A stretch of 59,556 bases of DNA from the NCBI GenBank assembly GCA_000380705.1, contig AQYM01000033.1, positions 65,941-125,496 on the forward strand. Reading direction: 5' to 3'. This document shows, one piece after another, positions 29,588-39,117 of this stretch (positions are counted from its first letter, which is position 1; each line of letters starts with the position of its first letter). The DNA is from Crenarchaeota archaeon SCGC AAA471-B05 (GTDB taxonomy: Archaea; Thermoproteota; Thermoprotei; Gearchaeales; Gearchaeaceae). The position numbers and the translations under genes are program-made. The notes below the pieces were generated by a model. That model worked only from the letters and a program-made list of their open reading frames with translations. It was not told where the DNA came from and searched no databases.

Positions 29588-30325
29588 TTGAGGATAAACG
29601 TAGAAATAGAACCTACATCGAAAAAAGATAAAATCATCGAATTTGCTAGTAGTGTAAAGGCTTATATAAATGAAATAAATGTGCCTGATAATCCTTTAGG
29701 TCAACCTAAGGCTAGTGCGTTGGCTATTGCTATTTTTTTAAAAAATTTGGGTTTAAAGCCTGTTCCTCATATTAAAGCTGCTGATAGGAATTTTTATGCA
29801 ATAAAATCTGAAATATTAGGTGCTTATTATCTCTTTGATATTGATAGTTTCTTAATAGTTAGAGGGGATACAAATTCTTATACCAAAGATGAGATATACA
29901 ATAAATATAAACTTGAAACTATTGTTAATAAAATCAAGCAAGATGAAAAGTTATCAGTTATCAAAATAGGTTTACCCTTAATGAATTATCAACATATTGA
30001 AGAGAGAATTTTCGAAAGGATAAATTCCAAAGCGAATTTTCTAGTTTTACCTCAAATAATGAATGTTAAAGAATTAAATGAGGAACTTTTGAAATTGATT
30101 AAAAATCATGGTAAGGAGTTACATGCCTATTATTTAATTGAAACGGAAAATAACAAATCTTTTCTTTATGAATTGGGCTTAATTAAAGGGAATGAAATAA
30201 GAACTACTGAAGAACATGTTGAAACCATATTGGAATTTGAAGATTATGTAGATACTTTAATATTATCATGCCCTAAGGATATAAAATCCTTAGTCAATAT
30301 ATTAACAAGGATTTATAAAAAATGA
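29588..30325 (+). CDS. Short methylenetetrahydrofolate reductase-like protein
   Basis: RINVEIEPTSK resembles the FSFEFFPP start of MetF, and FLIVRGD resembles NILALRGD. Only 245 aa. TTG start; overlaps the next gene by 4 nt. Confidence 0.55.
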   Translation: MRINVEIEPTSKKDKIIEFASSVKAYINEINVPDNPLGQPKASALAIAIFLKNLGLKPVPHIKAADRNFYAIKSEILGAYYLFDIDSFLIVRGDTNSYTKDEIYNKYKLETIVNKIKQDEKLSVIKIGLPLMNYQHIEERIFERINSKANFLVLPQIMNVKELNEELLKLIKNHGKELHAYYLIETENNKSFLYELGLIKGNEIRTTEEHVETILEFEDYVDTLILSCPKDIKSLVNILTRIYKK

Positions 30326-31278
30326 AAATATCATCCTATATTTTTGGAATATTTCCAAAAAGTGATGATTTAAGGAAAGGTATGAGGGATTTTAGTAAGG
30401 GAAAAATATCTAAAGAAGAATTTGAATCGTTACTTAAAAAAGAATATAATCATTTAATTAATCTTCTTAATTCATGTAATTTAAGTTATATTTATGACGG
30501 TTTACTTGTTTGGTTTGATCTTTTAAGACCCTTTACCAATTATGAAGGAATAGAATTAGGAACCTTGATAAGATGGTTCGAAACTAACACTTTTTATAGG
30601 ATGCCTGTAATAAAAAGCAAAATAAAATTGGAAAAACCGGTTTTGATAAACTATTTTTATAATGAGCTGAAAAATATTAAGAATTCTTCAATATCTCTTT
30701 TAGATCCTTTATCTTTTGTAAAGCTTTCCGAAGATAACTATTATAATAACGAAAAAGAATTTTTTAATGATTTTTCTAATGCATTATTAACAGATATCAA
30801 GTTAGTGATAAACGAGCTTAATATTGCCTTTATTTCTTTAATTTCTCCGTATTTAGGATATCATGATTTTAAAGAGGAAGAATTGGAATTATTGAATATA
30901 TTTTTAAATAAACTAAGGGAAATAAAAAAAGAAATGGTTATATCAATTAATTTATGTTTTATAAAGAATTCTAAAAAATTAAATAAAATAAAAAAATTGA
31001 ATGCAGATATAATAGGATTAGATTTATGCTATGGTGATAGGGAAGAAATAATAAAGAATATCAAAGGAATAAATAAACAAATAGCTTTGGGTTTAATTGA
31101 CAGTAATATATCACTGATAGAGGAACCTGAATATCTTAAGAATGAAATATTGAGAATAAATGGGATCGTCAATCAAAAGGATGTTATTATTACCAATTCT
31201 TCGGACTTGGATCTTTTACCTTATAATGTTGCAATGGAAAAAGTTAAAGTAATAAAAAAATTAAATGAAATAAAATGA
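30322..31278 (+). CDS. MetE N-terminal-domain-like protein (non-catalytic half of split cobalamin-independent methionine synthase)
   Basis: UROD/MetE-like barrel pattern without Zn ligands. Translationally coupled on both sides (4-nt overlaps). Confidence 0.55.
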   Translation: MKISSYIFGIFPKSDDLRKGMRDFSKGKISKEEFESLLKKEYNHLINLLNSCNLSYIYDGLLVWFDLLRPFTNYEGIELGTLIRWFETNTFYRMPVIKSKIKLEKPVLINYFYNELKNIKNSSISLLDPLSFVKLSEDNYYNNEKEFFNDFSNALLTDIKLVINELNIAFISLISPYLGYHDFKEEELELLNIFLNKLREIKKEMVISINLCFIKNSKKLNKIKKLNADIIGLDLCYGDREEIIKNIKGINKQIALGLIDSNISLIEEPEYLKNEILRINGIVNQKDVIITNSSDLDLLPYNVAMEKVKVIKKLNEIK

Positions 31279-32411
31279 ACGATTTTCTTCTAACCCAAGA
31301 GATAGGAAGTTTAGCAAGACATTCAATGTTTAAAGAAAAATTGAGTAAAGAAGAGATTGAAGAAATAATAAAGGAAGGTGATGAATATGGTGTAGAGAAT
31401 TTAGAAAATTTAAAGGATTTGTTATTAAAAGGCGGATATAAGCTATTCCCTAAGGAAATTGAGAATTTTGCTTCCTTGTATGCAATAAGAATGTTTGAGA
31501 AGGTAGGTTTGGATATTATTTTTAATGGAGAACAACCTAGAATGGAAATGTACCAATATCCTATATTGTTCATTGAAGGAATAAAACCAGTTGGTTATGT
31601 TAGAGTTTTTGATTTACAATATTTTTTAAAGGGAGAAGTTCAAGATATTCCAAAGCTTAAAAAGTTCTATCATTTGGAAGAATTTATTTTTGTTAAAAAT
31701 AATACGAAGAAAAAAATTAAAATACCTATCACAGGTCCTTATACTTTAGCTGATTGGTCCTTTAACTTATATTATCAAAGAAAATGGATAGGAAAATTGA
31801 ACAATTATTATAGGGAAAAATATGAAGCTAAAAGGGAACTAGTTATAGATTTAGCGAGGAACGTAATAAGAGAAAATATTAAATCTCTTGTTGAAAACGG
31901 TGCAGAAATAATACAAATAGATGAGCCCGCTGCTACAACTATACCAGAAGAAGTACCTCTTGTTGTTGAGGCATTTAATGAAGCTACAAAGGGCATTAAT
32001 TGTAAGTTTACAATGCATGTTTGTTTTTCTAAGGATTATAAACTTTTATTTCCTTATATTTTAGAAGCAAAGAATTTAAAACAATTAGCTTTGGAATTTG
32101 CAAACAGAGATAAAAGAGAACCTGGTGTAAATGAAAATATAAGAAAGGGATATTCTTTTTTAAAAGATTTTGCTGATTATACAGATAAATTAGAAATAGG
32201 CTTAGGTGTTTTGGATGTGCATGTTGATTATATTGAACCTGTGGAATTGATTAAAGATAGAATAAGTTTTGCGCTAAAAATTCTGAAAGATCCTAGCAGG
32301 ATATTTATCAATCCAGATTGTGGATTAAGAACTAGAAGTTGGAGTGTAGCTAAATCTAAACTGGAAAATATGGTTAAGGCTGTTAGACTTTTAAAACAAG
32401 AATTAATATAA
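31275..32411 (+). CDS. metE: Cobalamin-independent methionine synthase catalytic domain (core MetE)
   Basis: Zn-site motifs MHVCF (His-x-Cys) and NPDCGLRTR (Cys), plus IQIDEPA. Confidence 0.8.
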   Translation: MNDFLLTQEIGSLARHSMFKEKLSKEEIEEIIKEGDEYGVENLENLKDLLLKGGYKLFPKEIENFASLYAIRMFEKVGLDIIFNGEQPRMEMYQYPILFIEGIKPVGYVRVFDLQYFLKGEVQDIPKLKKFYHLEEFIFVKNNTKKKIKIPITGPYTLADWSFNLYYQRKWIGKLNNYYREKYEAKRELVIDLARNVIRENIKSLVENGAEIIQIDEPAATTIPEEVPLVVEAFNEATKGINCKFTMHVCFSKDYKLLFPYILEAKNLKQLALEFANRDKREPGVNENIRKGYSFLKDFADYTDKLEIGLGVLDVHVDYIEPVELIKDRISFALKILKDPSRIFINPDCGLRTRSWSVAKSKLENMVKAVRLLKQELI

Positions 32412-32429
32412 GTTTAAAAATTAGGATTT

Positions 32430-33625
32430 ATTAAGACCGATTTCTTAATTATAGGAGGAGGAATAATAGGATTAACTATAGCTAGAGAATTAGCTTTGGA
32501 ATTTAAAAAAAAATAATTTTGATTGAAAAGGAAAAATTTCTCGGAGCACATGCTTCTACTAAGAATAGTGGAGTAATTCATACAGCTTTTCATTTAAGAC
32601 CTAATTCTTTGAAAGCGAAATTTTGTAAGTTAGGTTCTGAAAAGCTGATTAAATATTGTAAAAGTAATGGTGTTCCTTATAAAAAAGTAGGCAAGTTTGT
32701 TGTAGCAATAAAGGAAGATGAGATAAAGAAATTAAGGATATATGAAAAATGGGGAAAAGAAAATGGAGAAGAGGTTAAAATTTTAAGTAGGGAAGAATTT
32801 AAAAATTTTGAGCCTTATGCAGAATGCATTGAAGCTTTATTCTCTCCTAATGCTGCAATAGTTGATCAGAGAAAACTTATCGATAAATTAAATGATGAAC
32901 TAAGAAAGTTAGGAGTAAATGTCATTACAAGCTGTAAATATATCAAAGCTATTAAAGGTGGTCGTCAAATTGAAGTTAAAACAACTAAAGGATTAATAGA
33001 AACAGGTTATTTAATAAATGCAGCTGGTCTTTATGCTGATAAAATTGCTCATTCATTAGGTTTTGGTCATGAATATTCTATAATACCCATACGAGGAGAT
33101 TATTTGGAATTTAAAAAGGAATATTCTTATTTGGTTAATAGTATGATTTATCCTGTTCCAAATTTCAATTTCCCATTTCTTGGAATTCATTTCACAAAAA
33201 GAATCGATGGAAAAATAATTCTAGGTCCTAATGCTTCTTTATCTTTTGGAAGAGAAAATTATCGTATTTATGATATTAATTTATTTGAATTTTTTGAAAC
33301 GATATTTAATACAAAATTTCTTAAATTAATTACAAATTATGATTTCTTAAAATTTGCAATTAAAGAAATTAAAAAAAGTATAAATATTAAGGATTTTATT
33401 AACGAAGCTAAAAGGATTATTCCTTCAGTTGAAAAAAATATGCTTAAAAGGAGTTTTTCAGGTATAAGAGCACAATTAGTAAATAAGGAAGGGAAACTCG
33501 TTGATGATTTTATCATTGAATATGATGAAAGATCTATGCATATTTTAAATGCAGTTTCACCAGGGTTTACTAGTTCTTTTGCTTTTGCAGAATATGTGAA
33601 AAGTATTCTATTAAATAAAGTTTAA
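32430..33625 (+). pseudogene. L-2-hydroxyglutarate oxidase-like FAD oxidoreductase, interrupted at an A9 tract
   Basis: The FAD-binding N-terminus DFLIIGGGIIGLTIARELALEFKKK* lies in frame 0 (32433-32516). The rest (IILIEKEKFLGAHASTKNSGVIH...) lies in frame 2. They join only if the A9 run at 32505-32513 were A10. No ATG/GTG/TTG precedes the N-terminal piece. Confidence 0.7.
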
Positions 33626-33650
33626 ATTTGGCTAAATAAAGAAATTTTTA

Positions 33651-35213
33651 ATGATAATTAGTATTACACCTGAAATAGCTCTTGATGAAAATACTCCTTT
33701 TGCAGGAGGTTTAGGTGTTCTTGCAGCAGATAAATTTTATACTTGTGCTAGAAACTCAATAGATTATGTAGTTATTACTCCTTTTTACAATTCAGGATAT
33801 ATAAAATATGATTTCGTAAATGATAAAGTGCTAGTTTTACCAGATCAATTTCCGCAGGATTTCTTGGTAAAATTAAAGGAAGTAGGTAGAGAACAAATTT
33901 ATTTAAGAAAGGAAAAAGTTGAGATTTCTTTTTATGAATATGCAATTAATAATGCTAAAGTTATATTCGTAAAAGTTTTAAAACCTGCATGGGCATCAAG
34001 ACTTTTCAATAGGCTTTATGAACATCTCGATCAATCTTTTTCTTTTTATAAGTATCTATTGTTTGCTAAAGCTGCTTTGGCATATATTGAAAAATATATA
34101 GGATTTGAAAAGGTTGAATATATAGATTTGGAAGAAGCCTATACTGCTTTTATTCCTTTGTTATTGGTTTCTAAAAACTTAAAATTAAACTGTAGATTTG
34201 TAATTCATACTCCAGGTCCTTGGGGACATCCTCGCTTTGATAAAAATTTATTTGCGGAAGAATTCGGGTATAATTTTATCGAAGATAACATATATTTAAC
34301 AAACATCGCTTCTTCTTTGGCTCAAGAAATAATAACTGTAAGTAAGAAACATTTTGAAATATCAAAGAAAATGTTTCCTCATCATATTTATAAATTAAAA
34401 TATGTTACAAATGGAGTGGATATAAAGCGTTGGATGGATGAAGAATTATTAGAAATTTATTTAAATGATGAATTAACGATAAATAAATTAAGGGAAATAA
34501 AGGAAAAAAATAAATCAATACTTTACGATTTTCTTAAACAATTTAAAGAAATAAATCCAAATTCCATGTTTGTTGCTTGGAATAGAAGAACAGTAGCTTA
34601 TAAGAGGCCTGATTTTATTATAAAATTTATAAAAGAAAATGAAGAAAATGTTACTTTTATATTAGCAGGAAAAACTGACCCAATGGATGAAGTAGGTCTT
34701 GAGTTTATGGAAGAAATGAGAAGACTTTCAAATACGAGAAACAACGTAATTTATATTTGGAATTATAACATTTCTGTTGCTAAGTTAATATTTAAAGGAG
34801 TCGATTTAATTTTATTTACACCTTTTTCTGGGTGGGAAGCTTGTGGTACTTCTATTATGAAAGCAGGCATTAACGGAATTCCTGCTTTATCTTCAAAGGA
34901 TGGTTCAGCTATAGAATTAATTCAAGATAATTACAATGGCTGGTTATTTGGTAAAGATCTTAATGAACTTGTATTATTTAATTCAGAAAAAGGATATAAG
35001 ATTAGCGAAGAGGATTATAAAGAATTTTCTGAAAAATTTAAGAATATAATAAGTCTTTGGTGTAATAATAGGGAAAAATATTTGGAAATTTGCTTAAATG
35101 CAATTAAAACTTTTTTGCCCTTTGCTTCTTCTAACAGGATGCTCTCTCAATATTATCCAAATTATAAAGAAAAATTTATAGCCGAAATAATAAAATTATT
35201 TAAAGAGAAATAA
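33651..35213 (+). CDS. Compact GT35-family alpha-glucan phosphorylase
   Basis: N-terminal FAGGLGVLAADK (compare YSGGLGVLAGD) and the PLP-lysine motif EACGTSIMKAGING (compare EASGTSNMK..NG). 520 aa. Confidence 0.7.
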   Translation: MIISITPEIALDENTPFAGGLGVLAADKFYTCARNSIDYVVITPFYNSGYIKYDFVNDKVLVLPDQFPQDFLVKLKEVGREQIYLRKEKVEISFYEYAINNAKVIFVKVLKPAWASRLFNRLYEHLDQSFSFYKYLLFAKAALAYIEKYIGFEKVEYIDLEEAYTAFIPLLLVSKNLKLNCRFVIHTPGPWGHPRFDKNLFAEEFGYNFIEDNIYLTNIASSLAQEIITVSKKHFEISKKMFPHHIYKLKYVTNGVDIKRWMDEELLEIYLNDELTINKLREIKEKNKSILYDFLKQFKEINPNSMFVAWNRRTVAYKRPDFIIKFIKENEENVTFILAGKTDPMDEVGLEFMEEMRRLSNTRNNVIYIWNYNISVAKLIFKGVDLILFTPFSGWEACGTSIMKAGINGIPALSSKDGSAIELIQDNYNGWLFGKDLNELVLFNSEKGYKISEEDYKEFSEKFKNIISLWCNNREKYLEICLNAIKTFLPFASSNRMLSQYYPNYKEKFIAEIIKLFKEK

Positions 35214-35224
35214 AAATAATAAAT

Positions 35225-35299
35225 GCCGCCTTAGCTCAGCCCGGTTAGAGCACTCGGCTGTTAACCGAGGGGTCGCCGGTTCAAATCCGGCAGGCGGCG
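35225..35299 (+). tRNA. tRNA-Asn (GTT)
   Basis: Hand-folded. GCCGCCT/AGGCGGC acceptor, D arm GCTC-AGCCCGGTTA-GAGC, anticodon arm CTCGG-CTGTTAA-CCGAG, T arm GCCGG-TTCAAAT-CCGGC, discriminator G. Confidence 0.93.
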
Positions 35300-35304
35300 T
35301 TTCT

Positions 35305-35769
35305 ATGAAATATTCAGTTTCTGTAATACTAAGAGAGAAAATAGGAGATGAAAGATTCTTAGTTGTGAAAAGACCTTATGAAGATAAAGAACACCCAGGT
35401 ATGTGGGGATTACCTGCTATATCGTTTAGCCCACCTGAAACACCTGAAAGTGCAGTTATACGTTTAGGTTTGGAAAAATTGAGTTGTTTAATAGTTCCTT
35501 ATTCATTTTTGGGAGCTTTTTATCAAGAAAGGCCTGGATATAAATTAATTCTGTTTTTATATGAGGCTTATTTAAAGGAAGGGTATCCTGATGTTAAAAA
35601 AGGAAAAAGAGGGACGGTATACATTGAGCAGCTTTGGACTAATGATTATAAAATATTACTCCCCATTGCAAAGAAGGGTTCTGCATGTTGTCAGTTATTT
35701 TTATATAACCTAGGAATATTAAAAGAAGAAGAGTTAATTATAAACCTAAAGGAAGAAGATTTAAGATAA
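35305..35769 (+). CDS. Nudix-fold protein with degenerate Nudix box
   Basis: GMWGLPA...ETPESAVIRLGLEKLS aligns to Gx5Ex7REUxEExGU, but REx2EE is reduced to R-L-x2-E-K. Confidence 0.5.
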   Translation: MKYSVSVILREKIGDERFLVVKRPYEDKEHPGMWGLPAISFSPPETPESAVIRLGLEKLSCLIVPYSFLGAFYQERPGYKLILFLYEAYLKEGYPDVKKGKRGTVYIEQLWTNDYKILLPIAKKGSACCQLFLYNLGILKEEELIINLKEEDLR

Positions 35770-35948
35770 ATAAAAGACAAGTTTCCTAAGGATAATAGCT
35801 AAAAATTCTAAAACTTTTTTATCTTTAAATAAAAAGGATGTTTATTGCAAAGATGTTCCTTCTTTATTTTCTCAGTTAATTATACTAACTAGAATGATAA
35901 AACGAACAACAAAATTTCCATTTATGATGAATAAAAAAAGCAGGCAAA

Positions 35949-36023
35949 TGGGCCCGGCCGGATTTGAACCGGCGACCCCCCGGTTATGAGCCGGGTGCTC
36001 TAACCTAGCTGAGCTACGGGCCC
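35949..36023 (-). tRNA. tRNA with CAT anticodon (elongator Met, or Ile2 after modification)
   Basis: Reverse complement folds: GGGCCCG/CGGGCCC acceptor, anticodon arm CCCGG-CTCATAA-CCGGG, T arm GCCGG-TTCAAAT-CCGGC, discriminator A. It lacks the A1:U72 and GGG/CCC features of archaeal initiator tRNA. Confidence 0.88.
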
Positions 36024-36067
36024 AATGTTTAGTATAACATTATTTTAATTTGCTTAAATTTTTAAAA

Positions 36068-36355
36068 TTATTTTTCTTCCTCTATTTTTCTTTCATCTAT
36101 TACTTCGATTAATTTTTTAGAAGGTTTTTCTTCTATATTCTTTCCTTCTATATATATTTCTGCACCAGGATATTGTTCTTCCAAATCTTTCTTTAATTTA
36201 TACACATCCACATTTTTGCCTGCTTTAACGTAGATTTTTGTTCTTCCTCCTTCTTGGAATATACTAATTGAATATCCTCCCATGTTTCCAAATTTAAAAT
36301 CTTCTTTTAGCAATTTATCGAATATTTCTTCAATAAAATCTTTCTTTTTTCTCAT
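36068..36355 (-). CDS. Hypothetical small charged protein (95 aa)
   Basis: ORF only; no motif recognised. Lies between two tRNA genes. Confidence 0.4.
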   Translation of the reverse strand: MRKKKDFIEEIFDKLLKEDFKFGNMGGYSISIFQEGGRTKIYVKAGKNVDVYKLKKDLEEQYPGAEIYIEGKNIEEKPSKKLIEVIDERKIEEEK

Positions 36356-36388
36356 AATATAAATATCAAAGAACTAATATTTTTTTAT

Positions 36389-36760
36389 ATGATGGTTCTC
36401 CAATTTAATTCTATAGATATCCTTCTCAAAAATTCTTCTCATATTTTATTTTTAATTTTGCTAGTTGCTCTTATACTTCTCTTCCTCTATGTATCTTTTC
36501 ATGTTAAGTATGCTCCTTTTATTCTGTTGATATTGGCAAGTTACATGATTTTTATTCTTGAATATAATTCATGGACAATTATAGTTCAATGGTGGGGATG
36601 CGATTTTATAGAAGAAAAAGTTATATGTGGATTTCCTTCTTATACAATCCAGCTTAATGATTGGACAAAATCAGCTTTACTTATTTTTTGCATTGCAACT
36701 ATAATTTCCTCTTTCTTTTTCATTTTAGTAAATTATATGTACAAATTAAAAGAGGAGTGA
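36389..36760 (+). CDS. Hypothetical membrane protein (123 aa, about 3 TM helices)
   Basis: ORF plus hydrophobic segments; no motif recognised. Confidence 0.4.
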   Translation: MMVLQFNSIDILLKNSSHILFLILLVALILLFLYVSFHVKYAPFILLILASYMIFILEYNSWTIIVQWWGCDFIEEKVICGFPSYTIQLNDWTKSALLIFCIATIISSFFFILVNYMYKLKEE

Positions 36761-36855
36761 TCTCTTCCCATCTTAAAAGGTTAGGCTTTAGTTTAATGTG
36801 ACGTTAGTTTTAAAGTTCAAAATTTTAAAAAAGAGATTATTTTATTTAATAAATA

Positions 36856-36927
36856 GGGCCGGTAGTTCAGTGGTAGAATGTCCGCTTTGCAAGCGGAAGG
36901 TCGAGGGTTCGAATCCCTCCCGGTCCA
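36856..36927 (+). tRNA. tRNA-Ala (TGC)
   Basis: Hand-folded. Acceptor GGGCCGG/CCGGTCC with the G3:U70 alanine identity pair, anticodon arm TCCGC-TTTGCAA-GCGGA, T arm GAGGG-TTCGAAT-CCCTC. Confidence 0.93.
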
Positions 36928-37534
36928 TCCTTTTTAAATTCATCCTTGAGTTCACAAGTGGTTTACTTGTTGAAGCTTTAGAATCTTTTTCTTTAGGGGA
37001 GAAGAATTAATTTATTTTATAGCAATTAACAAGATGTAAGAGGATATTTAAAACAATTTAAGGGTTTGAACTGTGCTGAATTTCTTCTCACTATAAATGG
37101 CTAAGATTCCTTTCATCGATTTGAAGCTACAGATCTCACATTACAACAGTTGAGAGGTTCAGAGAATCCTTCCATTGCAAGTTTCGTATGTTGTTTACTT
37201 TACATTGTTATTTCTTTTTCAGAGTGAACAATCTTCATAACAATATTTAGCCCTGATTACTTTTTACTCCCATCTAAAGAAGCTTTTCTTTTTAAAGCAT
37301 TTACAAAATTTATCTCTATCCTGAAGAGCGAGGCTTTAGTTTATTTAATCTTATCAACTACTATAACTTTCTTGACTCACCTCCTTTAATCTCTCCTTCC
37401 GTAAACTCCATTGAATACTTTATCTTAACCTTATTATAAATCCATAGATATATGATTATAATAGGAAGTTTGTTTTCGCCCCTATAGCTAACAAGCCACT
37501 TGAACTATCTGTTACTTATTATAGTTCTTAAAGA

Positions 37535-38152
37535 TCAGCTTAATATTTTTACCTTTCTTCCTTCAACTTTAAGTTTTCCTTCCATAAATAACTTTATTCC
37601 TTTGATTATTATTTCTTGCTCAGCTTTTTGAACTTTTTCTTTTAATGTTTCAACTGTATCATTATCATCTACTTCTACTGCTTTTTGAAGAATTATCGGT
37701 CCTGCATCTAAATTTTCATCAACGAAATGTAATGTGCAGCCTGTGATTTTACAACCATATTCTAATACTGCTTTATGTACTTCTTTATCCCATCCTGGGA
37801 ATGCCGGTAAGAGTGAAGGATGAATATTCATTATTCTATATTTATACTTATCTAACAAAACTTTAGTCACGTATCTATTATAACCTATTAATAAAATCAA
37901 ATCTACGTTTCTTTTCTCTAATTCTTTTAAAATTTCCAAATCGTATTCTTCAGGAGATTTATTTTTTGGATCCAAAAAAATAGCTTCTATACCATGTTTC
38001 TTAGCTCTTTCCAGTGCATACGCGTCTTTTTTATTACTAATTACGCAAACAATTTCAGCATTTAATCTCCCTGCCTCTATTTCGTTAATTATCGCTTGCA
38101 TATCTGTACCTCTAGTAGATGCTAATACAGCAATTCTTAACTTTTTTTCCAT
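37535..38152 (-). CDS. purN: Phosphoribosylglycinamide formyltransferase
   Basis: RIAVLASTRGTDMQAII and NIHPSLLPAFPG motifs, and an ..D.. catalytic region. Confidence 0.9.
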   Translation of the reverse strand: MEKKLRIAVLASTRGTDMQAIINEIEAGRLNAEIVCVISNKKDAYALERAKKHGIEAIFLDPKNKSPEEYDLEILKELEKRNVDLILLIGYNRYVTKVLLDKYKYRIMNIHPSLLPAFPGWDKEVHKAVLEYGCKITGCTLHFVDENLDAGPIILQKAVEVDDNDTVETLKEKVQKAEQEIIIKGIKLFMEGKLKVEGRKVKILS

Positions 38153-38253
38153 ATGTTATATATTTATTATAATTTTAATTAATTTTATTATAAAACAAAT
38201 TTAAAAATAAGGGTCATAAGAATATTTTAAATTTCTAATTTTATTTTAATATT

Positions 38254-39117
38254 TTAACAATTTTTATCCAAAGCTTCGTTTTGCATTTTACAACACTTTA
38301 TTAGATTATATACCAACATAGCAATAGTCACAGGTCCTACACCACCTGGAACTGGTGTTATAAAACTGCAAATTTTTGAAACTTCTTCGAAATCAACATC
38401 TCCAACAACTTTTCCGTTAACCCTTGATATTCCAGCATCTATTATAATAGCCCCTTCTTTTATGTATTCTTTTTTAATTAACTTAGGTACCCCAGTAGCT
38501 GTTATTACAATATCAGCGTTTTTTGTGTAACTTTTGAGATCCTTAGTTTTAATGTGACAAATAGAAACTGTAGCAAATCTGTTTGTTAACATTATTGAAA
38601 GAGGTTTGCCTACTACTATGCTATTATTAACTATAACGATATCGCTTCCTTCAACTTTTATATTGGAACTTTCAAGTATATCTATTATAGCTTTAGGGGT
38701 ACAAGGAGCTAAAGTTTCATCCTTAGCCATAAGTTTACCCAAATTATAACTAGTTAAACCATCAACATCTTTAATTGGATTAATTGAATTTATAATTTTG
38801 TATGTATCTAAATGGGGTGGTAAAGGGAGTTGTATTAATATTCCGTTAACATTTTTATCCTCATTTAATTTATTTATTAATTTAATTATAGTTTCTTCAT
38901 TTACATTTTCTTCTAAATTAAAAATTTCATATAATAAATTTAGTTCTTTTAATATATTTATTTTATTTCTTATATAAATTAATGAAGAAGGATTTTTACT
39001 TACGTTTATTATTGCTAACTTAGGAATTATATTATTAGCTTTTAATTTTTCTATATCAGATTTTAAAATTTCTAATTTTTCTTTTTGTCTTTTTTTACCA
39101 TTGAAAATGACAACCAT
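38254..39117 (-). CDS. folD: Bifunctional methylenetetrahydrofolate dehydrogenase/cyclohydrolase
   Basis: GILIQLPLP, DVDG and PVPGGVGPVT motifs. Confidence 0.9.
   Translation of the reverse strand: MVVIFNGKKRQKEKLEILKSDIEKLKANNIIPKLAIINVSKNPSSLIYIRNKINILKELNLLYEIFNLEENVNEETIIKLINKLNEDKNVNGILIQLPLPPHLDTYKIINSINPIKDVDGLTSYNLGKLMAKDETLAPCTPKAIIDILESSNIKVEGSDIVIVNNSIVVGKPLSIMLTNRFATVSICHIKTKDLKSYTKNADIVITATGVPKLIKKEYIKEGAIIIDAGISRVNGKVVGDVDFEEVSKICSFITPVPGGVGPVTIAMLVYNLIKCCKMQNEALDKNC

Noticed and set aside
35269-35979. 23-nt identical segment (ggggtcgccggttcaaatccggc) in inverted orientation in tRNA-Asn and the CAT tRNA, flanking the Nudix gene
   Set aside because: This is the conserved variable-loop and T-arm region of two tRNAs. 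The similarity is explained by tRNA structure, not by a mobile-element terminal repeat.
36798-37010. 70-aa ORF (MTLVLKFKIL...)
   Set aside because: It reads straight through the tRNA-Ala gene (36856-36927). The tRNA fold is unambiguous, so the ORF is spurious.
37097-37153. 18-codon ORF MAKIPFIDLKLQISHYNS, reminiscent of the IPFxDLKxQ N-terminus of DegT/DnrJ/EryC1 aminotransferases, considered as a gene relic
   Set aside because: The match is only about 9 residues, and no downstream frame continues the family pattern. That is too little evidence to call a pseudogene.
36783-37343. 13-bp direct repeat aggctttagttta (36783 and 37331) bracketing tRNA-Ala, considered as possible att sites
   Set aside because: My rough estimate is that several exact 13-mers within 600 bp are expected by chance per window at this base composition. 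The repeat also does not overlap the tRNA.
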